Shown here piece by piece: positions 37,768 to 47,900 of a stretch of DNA of 64,000 bases. Under the pieces are notes generated by a model. That model ran no database searches and was not told the origin of the DNA. It saw nothing but the letters and a program-made list of their open reading frames with translations. A program made the translations under genes and the position numbers. Position 1 is the stretch's first letter; every line of letters begins with the position of its first letter. The stretch spans positions 4,750 to 68,749 of the forward strand of contig JABHLN010000001.1 of assembly GCA_018693105.1 (NCBI GenBank). Direction: 5' to 3'. This stretch comes from Desulfobacterales bacterium. Lineage in GTDB: Bacteria; Desulfobacterota; Desulfobacteria; Desulfobacterales; SURF-7.

Positions 37768-38895
37768 TTGAACAATATAATTGAAAAAAGACTGATAAAA
37801 CTAAGAGAATCGGTATTCCATGATAAAGAAGATAAATCGGAATATGGAATAGACACATTAATGGTTCTTATTGAGGAAAATCGCCGTTATTTAAGCGGAT
37901 TCACCGGAGAAGATACCCAGTTTGACGAATCAGCGGGCGCACTTTTTATAAACAAGGACAGGTTTATCCTTGCAACCGATTCCAGGTTTACAGAACAGGC
38001 TGAAAAAGAAGCCCCCATGTTTGAGATTGTATGTTACAAAGAAGGTCTGGCAAAGGAGTTGCCGGAAATCTTGCAGAAAATGGGAACAAAGAAGCTTGGG
38101 TTTGAAACCATACGCATGACATATTATCAATATAAAAAAATTTCGGAACAGTTTGATTTAAAAAATCTTGATATAGAACTTATTGAAACTGAAAACCTTG
38201 TAGAAAATTTCAGGGTCTGCAAAGACATTACCGAAATGCAAAAAATCAGAAATGCAATTTCAGTTGCAGAATCTGTTTTCACCGATGTAACCGGTAGACT
38301 TGAGCCTGGCATGACGGAAAGTAAAATAGCCTGGGATATTGAAAAAGGAATGAGGGAGGCCGGAGCGGAATCCTGCTCATTTGCAACAATAGTTGCATCA
38401 GGACCTAACAGCGCCATGCCTCATGCAATACCGGGAAACAGGAAAATCAAAAACGGCGAGCCGGTACTTATCGACTGGGGTGCTAAAATTGACGATTATT
38501 GTTCAGACACAACAAGGACAATAGTACTCGGTGAACCGGAAGATAGATTTAAAAAAGTATATATGGCAGTTTATGATGCCCAGCGTATGGCAATAGACGC
38601 AGTTAAACCGGGTGTAAGTTCAAAAAAAATTGATTCTATAGCAAGAAACCATATAAATAAAAAAGGATTTGAAGGAAAGTTCGGCCACGGCCTCGGGCAC
38701 GGTATAGGTCTTGCCGTACACGAACCACCGAGAGTCGGTCCATTGAAAGACACAATTATTGAGGAAGGAATGGTTTTCACTATTGAACCCGGAATTTACA
38801 TTCCGGGATGGGGTGGCATACGACTTGAAAACATGGTGGAGGTTCAAAAAGAAGGAGCTGAAGTACTTAACAATCTTGGTTTTTATAAATTCTGA
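37768..38895 (+). CDS. Xaa-Pro aminopeptidase (M24 family)
   Basis: YLSGFTG, TDSRF, YCSDTTRT, HGLGHGIGLAVHE, TIEPGIY, GIRLE. Start moved to TTG 37768 (AAGGA upstream) because ATG 37717 lies inside the element. Confidence 0.92.
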   Translation: MNNIIEKRLIKLRESVFHDKEDKSEYGIDTLMVLIEENRRYLSGFTGEDTQFDESAGALFINKDRFILATDSRFTEQAEKEAPMFEIVCYKEGLAKELPEILQKMGTKKLGFETIRMTYYQYKKISEQFDLKNLDIELIETENLVENFRVCKDITEMQKIRNAISVAESVFTDVTGRLEPGMTESKIAWDIEKGMREAGAESCSFATIVASGPNSAMPHAIPGNRKIKNGEPVLIDWGAKIDDYCSDTTRTIVLGEPEDRFKKVYMAVYDAQRMAIDAVKPGVSSKKIDSIARNHINKKGFEGKFGHGLGHGIGLAVHEPPRVGPLKDTIIEEGMVFTIEPGIYIPGWGGIRLENMVEVQKEGAEVLNNLGFYKF

Positions 38896-38954
38896 TGGCG
38901 TTGTATATGAAGATTTTTACTTAGCCATAGGTAATACTTTTTACGAGTTTATCA
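38893..38954. mobile_element. Internally deleted family A element; its first TGA is the peptidase stop codon
   Basis: TGATGGCG joined directly to TTGTATATGAAGATTTTTACTTAGCCAT..TTTTTACGAGTTTATCA. Confidence 0.8.
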
Positions 38955-39025
38955 AGTATGATAAACTTGCACAAAGCTGATTAATGACGCTTTGCATCCC
39001 AAAAAAAGAGATTCAGGCGCAGTGA

Positions 39026-39961
39026 ATGGTTTTAAAAACTATGAATTCAATGGATATTCAAACAGATAATCACCCGGATAATCATATTGACAGGTATATG
39101 AATTATCTGCTGGTTGAAAAAGGTTTGTCTGAAAAAACTATAGAATCATACAATAGCGATATAACAAGGTATATCGATTTTCTTGAAGATAACAAAATTA
39201 ATAAGCTTTCCGAAGCAGATACGACTGTGATTTTAAAGCATCTTATAGACCTCAGAAAATCAGGTCTCGGGGCAAGATCAAGGGCAAGACATCTTGTTAC
39301 ATTAAGAGGTTTTTACAAGTTTCTTGTCAATGAAAAAATTATCAGTCATGATCCGACAATTATTGTAGACCTACCAAAAAGCGGCCTTAAACTTCCTGAA
39401 GTTCTATCTGTAAGTGAAATTAACAGTTTTCTGAACACCCCCGATACAAATAAACCTTCAGGAATTCGGGACACTGCTATGCTCGAGCTTCTCTATGCTG
39501 CAGGACTGAGAGTTTCAGAACTTATTAATATTAAGCTTCAGAGTGTTAATACCGAAGCAGGATTTGTAAGGGTATACGGGAAAGGATCAAAGGAAAGAAT
39601 TATCCCCATTGGTCAGTATGCTAAAGAAAAAATTGATGAATATGTAGCTTCATCAAGGCAGATTCTCTTAAAAAATCATAAAAGCCAGTATCTTTTTGTG
39701 GCAAGAGCAGGTAAACCCATGACACGCCAGGGCTTCTGGAAGCTTGTAAAAAGATACGCCCTTATTTCAGGCACAAAAAAAAAGATTACACCTCATACTC
39801 TTCGACACTCCTTTGCAACCCACCTCCTTGAAGGAGGGGCAGACCTCAGAGCAGTCCAGATAATGCTTGGTCATGTTGATATTTCCACAACGCAGATATA
39901 TACTCATATAGCCCACGAGCATCTCCGGAAAATTCATGAACAATATCATCCAAGGGGATAA
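39026..39961 (+). CDS. xerD: Tyrosine recombinase XerD
   Basis: RDTAMLELLYAAGLRVSEL, GKGSKER, MTRQGFW, PHTLRHSFATHLL, LGHVDISTTQIYTH. Confidence 0.93.
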   Translation: MVLKTMNSMDIQTDNHPDNHIDRYMNYLLVEKGLSEKTIESYNSDITRYIDFLEDNKINKLSEADTTVILKHLIDLRKSGLGARSRARHLVTLRGFYKFLVNEKIISHDPTIIVDLPKSGLKLPEVLSVSEINSFLNTPDTNKPSGIRDTAMLELLYAAGLRVSELINIKLQSVNTEAGFVRVYGKGSKERIIPIGQYAKEKIDEYVASSRQILLKNHKSQYLFVARAGKPMTRQGFWKLVKRYALISGTKKKITPHTLRHSFATHLLEGGADLRAVQIMLGHVDISTTQIYTHIAHEHLRKIHEQYHPRG

Positions 39962-40021
39962 GGCGGCGGGCTGAGAGTGGTGAGTTATTTGTTGTTGGCT
40001 ATGAACAGTTATCAGCTCTGG

Positions 40022-40101
40022 CCTTCTGAAGTTCCGACCTTCTAACTTCACCACTTCTTATCATATGATCTTCTAACCTTCTGATCTTCTAATCTTCTGC
40101 T
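40022..40101. repeat. Degenerate 8-bp tandem repeat (CTTCTRAY), about 10 units
   Basis: ..CTTCTAAC CTTCTGAT CTTCTAAT CTTCTGCT preceded by more degenerate units. Confidence 0.7.
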
Positions 40102-40291
40102 CTTGCGACATCGGTCCCATATTTTTTAATTACACTCCAAAAAAACTTGCTTAAATCCTTGTATATGTTTTATATAATGAGTTTAAAAAAAATATGTAAA
40201 CTGAATTATACTCTTCATAATAATTTAGCATTAACTATTTAAAAATATAAATAATATTAATTGAAAACCAATCAGCTGATTAGATAATATT

Positions 40292-41953
40292 ATGAGTTCA
40301 TCATATAAGGAAAAAAAAATAACGGGCTGGTGGACATCAAACGGAACACAGCCTGAAACCGGAAGCAACTCTATAAAAGAAGCTATTTCAAGGGTTACTC
40401 ACCCGGTTTATATGGTTGATATGGACGGACATATGGGAGTCGGACATGATGGTATTGTTGTTATGGGTAAAGACGCCCCCGATATGTCTGAAGGTTACCC
40501 CCTTACAGCCTGGTCTCCGCCTCTTCATCCTGAAAACCTTGGTGATCCTGTTTTCAAAAAAAGGCACAATATTCGTTATCCTTACATTGCCGGTGCAATG
40601 GCGAACGGAATTACATCTACAGATATAGTTGAGGAGATGGGTTGTGCAGGAATGGCCGGTTTTTTTGGTGCAGGAGGCCTTACACTTGATAAAATCGAGG
40701 CAGCAATCGACAGACTTGAAGAGCGTCTCAAAGATATTACCTATGGTTTCAACCTCATACATAGCCCCAATGATCCTGATCATGAGAATGCAGTTGTTCA
40801 ACTTTATTTGCGGAGGGGAGTCAGACTGGTAAGCGCCGCGGCATATATGAACCTTACTCTTCCAATCGTATATTACCGCGTAAAGGGAATTCACCGTGAT
40901 ACCGACGGAAATATCATTTGCCCGAATAAGATAATTGCAAAGGTATCAAGGGTTGAGGTTGCAAGAAAATTCTTTTCTCCACCACCGGAAAAATTTCTCG
41001 GGCAGCTTTATGAAAGAAAATTGATTACCGAAGAAGAGGCCGAACTTGCACGGCATATTCCCATGGCAGACGACCTTACAGCTGAGGCAGATTCAGGTGG
41101 CCACACCGATAACCGCCCTGCCCTTGCACTATTGCCAAATATTATCGCCCTGCGTGATGAAATGGTAAGACAGTTTGATTACAAAGACCCTGTTTGTGTG
41201 GGTCTTGGAGGTGGTATTGCCACGCCGGAATCAACAGCGGCTGCTTTTGCAATGGGCGCTGCATATGTTTTGACAGGTTCTGTTAACCAATCCTGTGTGG
41301 AATCAGGAACATCGGAATCTGTAAGACAGATGCTTGCAGATGCCGGACAGGCTGATGTGTCCATGGCACCTGCTGCAGACATGTTTGAAATGGGAGTAAA
41401 AGTTCAGGTTCTTAAACGGGGAACTCTTTTCCCGGTGAGGGCTGCAAAACTTTACGAAATTTATTCAAGGTATAATAGTCTTGAAGAAATCCCGGAGAAT
41501 GAAACAAAAAATATTGAAAAAAACTTTTTTAAGTGCGGCTTACAAGAGGAATGGCACCGAACGAAAAGTTTTTTCCAGCAACGTGATCCAAGACAGATAA
41601 AACTTGCAGAATCAAAGCCGAAGCACAAAATGGCCCTTATCTTCAGGTCGTATCTAGGCCGTTCTTCATTCTGGGCTATATCAGGTGATTCGGATAGAAA
41701 AATCGATTTTCAGATCTGGTGCGGGCCGGCCATAGGCGCCTTTAACGAATGGGTAAGAGGAACATTTCTTGAAAAGCCTGAAAACAGAAAAGTCGTCACT
41801 GTAGCGATGAATCTTCTTTATGGTGCATCCATAGTAACACGTATAAACTGGCTTCGAAATCAGGGTATTGTTCTTCCAACTGATGCAGGAAGTTTTTCAC
41901 CAATGGAACTATCAGAAATTCAAAAGAATCTCGAAAATAAGGTAGCTAATTGA
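40292..41953 (+). CDS. pfaD: PfaD-family enoyl reductase
   Basis: GAMANGI, GFNLIHSP, AKVSRVEVA, EADSGGHTDNRP, MAPAADMFEMGVKVQVLKRG, QIWCGPAIGAFN. Confidence 0.95.
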   Translation: MSSSYKEKKITGWWTSNGTQPETGSNSIKEAISRVTHPVYMVDMDGHMGVGHDGIVVMGKDAPDMSEGYPLTAWSPPLHPENLGDPVFKKRHNIRYPYIAGAMANGITSTDIVEEMGCAGMAGFFGAGGLTLDKIEAAIDRLEERLKDITYGFNLIHSPNDPDHENAVVQLYLRRGVRLVSAAAYMNLTLPIVYYRVKGIHRDTDGNIICPNKIIAKVSRVEVARKFFSPPPEKFLGQLYERKLITEEEAELARHIPMADDLTAEADSGGHTDNRPALALLPNIIALRDEMVRQFDYKDPVCVGLGGGIATPESTAAAFAMGAAYVLTGSVNQSCVESGTSESVRQMLADAGQADVSMAPAADMFEMGVKVQVLKRGTLFPVRAAKLYEIYSRYNSLEEIPENETKNIEKNFFKCGLQEEWHRTKSFFQQRDPRQIKLAESKPKHKMALIFRSYLGRSSFWAISGDSDRKIDFQIWCGPAIGAFNEWVRGTFLEKPENRKVVTVAMNLLYGASIVTRINWLRNQGIVLPTDAGSFSPMELSEIQKNLENKVAN

Positions 41954-44900
41954 AACATGACAAGAAAAAAATAAAACCGGATATTCCGGTTGCGATAATT
42001 GGTATCGGCTGTCTTTTTCCAAAGGCAGCAGGAGTTAAAGAATACTGGCGGCTGCTCTACCACGGAGAAGATGCAATAACTGAGGTTCCGGAAACACACT
42101 GGTCCATAAAAGACTATTTCCATAGTGATCCGAAAACACCTGATCATACCTATTGCAAACGTGGTGGTTTTCTTTCACCGGTATCTTATGATCCATCCGA
42201 ATTCGGAATTCCTCCTAATCTGATGGAAGCCACTGACACATCACAGCTTCTCGGACTTATTGTCGCAAAAATGGCTCTTGAGGACGCAGGTTATAAAAAA
42301 GAAGGGGCTTTTGACCGTGAGAAAACAAGTGTGATTCTCGGAGTAACGGGCACACAGGAGCTTGTCATTCCTCTTGGAGCAAGGCTTGGTCATCCAATAT
42401 GGCGAAGAGCGCTTGAAGATTCAGGGGCAACTCCTGAAATGACAGAGGAGGTTATCAGCAGAATTTCCGAAGCCTATGTCCCATGGCAGGAAAACTCTTT
42501 TCCGGGCCTTCTCGGAAATGTTATCCCCGGAAGAATCAGTAATCGTTTTAATCTGGGTGGCACAAACACGGGGGTAGATGCAGCATGCGCAAGCTCCTTA
42601 AGTGCGATCAACCTTGCTGTACTTGAACTGATATCCGGCCGGAACGACATGGTAATAACCGGCGGTGTGGATACTCTTAACGACATATTTATGCACATGT
42701 GCTTCTCCAAGACATCTGTCCTTTCACATACGGGAGACGCAAAACCATTTTCACAAGATGCTGACGGAACAGTACTTGGAGAAGGCATTGGAATGGTTGT
42801 TTTAAAACGCCTTGAAGATGCTGTAAAAGACGATGACAGAATTTATGCAGTAATAAAATCAATAGGTACTTCAAGCGATGGTAAGTCGGGAAGTATTTAT
42901 GCGCCAAATTCAACTGGACAGAAAAAAGCCCTGCAGATGGCATATAGAAACGCTGATGTATCTCCAGCAACTATAGAACTTCTTGAGGCCCATGGTACAG
43001 GAACAAGGGTGGGAGATGCGGTTGAATTTCAGGCATTAAAAGAGGTTTATTCTGATGCAGGAAGCCGTCCCGGAAACTGCGCCCTTGGTTCAGTTAAGTC
43101 AAACATAGGTCACTGCAAAGCTTCAGCCGGAGTTGCCGGTCTTATTAAAGCCGCGCTTTCACTGCATCACAAGGTGCTTCCACCCACATTGAAGGTGGGA
43201 AATCCTGATCCAAAACTATCAATCGAAAAATCTCCTTTTTATCTTATAAAAAAATCACGGCCATGGTTTTCCTTATACGACCATCCACGCAGAAGCGGTA
43301 TCAGTGCCTTCGGGTTCGGAGGAAGTAATTTCCATACAATCCTGGAAGAATATGAGCCAAGCAAAAACAAAATCTCATGGAACGCAACTATTGAAATAGT
43401 TGCATTGTCAGCATCAACAAAAAACAAACTTAAGGAAAGATTAGCTTCCTTTTCAGAACAGATAGAAAAGATATCAGCAAAAGAAAATTTCTCATTCAGT
43501 GAAATTTCATTTCCGGCATCAAAAACCAGGGGAAGCTTCTCCAGCAATGACAAGTATCGTCTCCTGATGGTTTTGGAACGTTCAGATAAAAAATCTTCGC
43601 ATAGTGACTCTGACGACAATAAAAATTACGACTTTATAAATGTTTTCAAAAAATCTCTGCATGCATTAGAGTCGGACAACCCTGACGATTTGAAAAACAT
43701 TGAGAACGTTTTCTATGGTGAATCTGAAAAGCCTGGACAGGTCGCTTTTATCTTCCCGGGACAGGGCAGTCAGTATGTAGATATGGGAAAAGACCTTATC
43801 TGCACATTTCCTGAAGCACAAAGCGCCCTTGAAGATGCAAATCGCAATTTCTTATCAGAAAACAAAGGTACACTCGGTAATTTCATTTACCCTCATAATA
43901 CAAATGATAATACTCCCGGTAATACAAAAGGCAAAAAAAGACTTGAAGACGCGTTGAGGAGTACAGATATTGCACAACCTTCAATAGGAGCAATAAGTCT
44001 TTCAATGCTCAATGTTCTCCAAAGCTTCGGGATAAGACCTGATGCCGTATGCGGACACAGCTTCGGTGAACTCACAGCACTCTGCTGTGCAGGCCGAATA
44101 AATGTTGAAACATTTTATTCCCTGTCAACTTCAAGGGGAAGATTCATGGCTGCAACCGGAGGAGCTCAGGGCTCCATGCTTGCTGTAAAAGCACCGCTTG
44201 ATGAAATTGATAATATTATCGAGGAAAATAATATTGATGTCATCCTTGCAAATAGAAACAGTTATGAGCAGGGCATTCTTTCAGGTTCAAAAGATGCAGT
44301 TTCCGAAGCTGAAAAAATATGCAGGCAGAAAGGATTTAGAACCACCCCGCTTCCTGTTGCAGCAGCATTTCACAGCCGACTGGTTGAGGATGCCGCAAAG
44401 CCCTTTAAAAAATTCCTTAAAAGTATTGATATTATTTCATCGGATATTCCTGTACTTTCCAATACAACAGGGAAACCATATCCTGATGATCAGGATGAGA
44501 CAAAAAAGATTCTCGGAAACCAGTTTCTTAAACCGGTTGATTTTGTAAGTGAAATTGAAAACCTTTATGAAACCGGAGTGCACACTTTTGTCGAAATAGG
44601 TCCGAAAACTGTTCTAACAGGCCTTGTAAAATCAATATTAAAAGGGCGGGATTTTACCGCTGTAGCAATGGATGGTTCAGCAGGGCGGCGTTTTGGTATA
44701 TCTGATCTTGCAAAGGTTCTCTGCAATCTTGCATCTCTTGGTTATGGAGTAGAAATTGACAGATGGGAGGAAACACCACCGGAACCTGAAAAACAGAATA
44801 TGAGCATACCTATTTCAGGCGCAAACTACTGGCTGCCTCCTAAACCAAAGCCAAAGAAGGGACCTCAACCGGTTATTGAATCAAAACCGGAAACTGAAAA

Positions 44901-47900
44901 GACATATACACAGAAAATCCTAAAAAGTAATTATTCAAACAAACCAGTTATTGATAAAACCAGACTAATGAGTGATGAAACGAAAATAAAAGATGACTAT
45001 ATTTCAAACGCGTTAAATGTTGTTCAGGAAAGTATTAGATCCATGCAGGCGCTTCAGAAACAAACCGCAGAAGCCCATTCAAAATTTCTGGAGACCCAAA
45101 CAGAGGCCGCAAAGACTTTACAGGTTATGATGGGACAAACCCAACGCATGGCTGAAGCAACTATCGGTATAGGATCATCCGAAGTTACACAGAAAGACTC
45201 CAGGGAAACAACATTTGAAACACAGTATGATAATAGACCCGATGAAAATATTAATAACAGGGACCTTGATCCACAGCCGTATGTTGCTAATAAGCCGGCA
45301 TTACCTGACCGTTCAATTATTCCTGAAAGTAACGGGATAGATGCACATGATTCAGGACAGTCAACATCTATATCAGCTGACATTGAAAAGAACATGCTGG
45401 ACATAGTTGCACATCTGACAGGATATCCTGTGGAAATGCTCGGCATGGAAATGGATATTGAAGCAGACCTTGGGATTGATTCAATCAAACGTGTTGAAAT
45501 ACTTTCAACTCTTGAAGAAAAAATGCCGGATCTTCCTGCTGTTTCACCTGAAGCTATGGGCGAGCTTAAAACTCTGGGACAGATTGTGGATTATCTGTCA
45601 CAGGGAGCAGTAAACGATAAGAGCAGTGAAGGTAAGACAATTCGCTCCGATGGCCCGGGCAACACTGAGATAGAAACCAACCTGCTTGATATAGTAAGCA
45701 ACCTCACAGGCTACCCGGTAGAAATGCTCGATACAAACATGGATATTGAAGCCGATCTTGGGATCGATTCAATCAAACGTGTTGAAATACTTTCGACGCT
45801 GGAAGAGAAAATGCCGAATCTTCCTGCTGTTTCACCTGAAGCCATGGGTGAGCTTAAAACTCTAGGACAGATAATCGAATACTTATTAGCGGGGGCTGAG
45901 AAGGACACACTCACAACCGAAGAACATGCACATAAAAATATAACAGCTTCCGGTTCAAGTTCAGCCAAAATAGAAAAAGAGCTATTGGATATTGTTGCAC
46001 AGCTCACCGGCTACCCTGTTGAAATGTTAGGCTCGGATATGGATATCGAAGCTGACCTCGGTATCGATTCAATTAAACGTGTTGAAATACTTTCAACACT
46101 CGAGGAAAAAATGCCTGACCTTCCTGCTGTTTCACCTGAAGCCATGGGTGAACTCAAAACACTTGGGCAAATTGTGGATTATCTATCAGGTGGAGGTGAA
46201 GAAAAAACTAAACCTGCACCTCATGACCTTGATTCTTCTAAAATAGTTGAGACTGTTTCGCCGAATGTTGAAGAAAAGGACCGGGAACCAAAAACAACTC
46301 TGGAACGTCAAACAATATCGATTGTTGAAACACCTTTTTCTCAACGAGTAAAAATAAATATTCCTGAAAGTAAAACAATATATATAACAAAAGAAAGTTC
46401 CGGCCTTTCAGAAGCAATAGCTGCCGAGCTTGACTCGAGAAATATCAGTTCGGATATTATTACTTCAAAACAGATTAAAAAAATCCTTAAGGGTGATAAG
46501 GTTCTTAAAAACGTTGGGGGTCTTATCATAATTGCAGGCCAGGATAATGATGATGATATCTGGAATAAAAAAATACAGGCATTCTTAAAAAATTCTTTTG
46601 TTCTTGCAAAACATTGTGCGCCTGGTCTTATCAAATCCTCGGAATCGGAAAACGGCGGCGCTGTTTTTGCTACTATAACCCGCCTTGACGGGTGTTTCGG
46701 CTTCAAAGGTAAAGGCGTAAAAAATCCGCTGCAGGGAGGGCTTGCAGGTCTTTCCAAAACGGCCTCAATTGAATGGGAAAATGTGGCATGTCGTGCGGTT
46801 GATATTGATCCGTCATGGCGGGATAACAAAGAGATAGCAGATGCAATAGTCTCAGAACTTTTGAATGATACCACTACTATTGAGATCGGCCTTACTCCTG
46901 AGAGACGATATACACTTAAGCTCAAAAAGTCGGGAGCACCTGACGGAAAAACCGTTTTAATAGAAAACGATGTTGTTGTTATCACCGGAGGAGCTAGAGG
47001 CGTAACAGCAGCCTGTGCACAGGCCCTTGCAGAACAAATCAAACCTGTCATCGTGCTCCTTGGAAGGTCTCCGGAACCTAAACCAGAGCCTGAATGGTTA
47101 AAAGGCCTTACTATTGAGTCACATATTAAAAAAGGAATTCTTGAAAACGAATTTAAAGACAAGAAAACAACGCCAAAAAAAATAGAGAAATCATATCAAA
47201 GGCATTATGCAAACCGTGAAATTTCTAAAACTCTTGAAGAACTAAAAGAAAAAGGGGTAGAAGCATTTTACTATTCTGCAGATGTTCGTGATCAGGAAGT
47301 AATGAACAAAACATTTGATAAAATAAGGGAAAAACACGGGCCTGTAAAAGCATTAATTCATGGTGCAGGAATTCTTGAGGATAAATTCATAACGGACAAA
47401 TCTCTGAAGCAATTTGAAAGGGTTTATGACACTAAAACAAAAGGATTGCGGGTTCTTCTTGAAGCAACAAAGGATGACAGTCTTAAATATATTGTTTTGT
47501 TTTCATCAGTAAGCGCAAGGCAGGGTAATAAAGGTCAGGTAGACTATGCTATGGCAAACGAAGTATTAAATAAGGTTGCACATTATAAGTCTGTTTTATT
47601 GCCTGAATGTAAAATAATTTCGATCAACTGGGGGCCATGGGATGGTGGTATGGTATCTCCATTATTAAAAAATGAATTCAGGCGAAACAATATTGAGCTG
47701 ATCCCTGTTGATACAGGTGCAAGATACATGGTTAATGAAATGAAAAACAGCAGGGAAAACCCTGTGGAAATTATCATCGGTGCAACAATGCATCCTGATA
47801 ATAAAGACGAAAACATTGAACCTGTCATAAAAAAGATAAAACGATCATTACCTGAAAGCAAAAAAATGGCACTTTCATTTAATAGGGATGTTAATATTGA

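Noticed and set aside
39026..39961. Tyrosine recombinase as the integrase of an island carrying the PKS
   Set aside because: The sequence is typical housekeeping XerD (MTRQGFW); no att repeats, tRNA or mobility genes are nearby.
41940..41960. Programmed frameshift fusing pfaD and pfaA
   Set aside because: The TTGA overlap with upstream AAGGT is explained by translational coupling; no slippery heptamer is seen.
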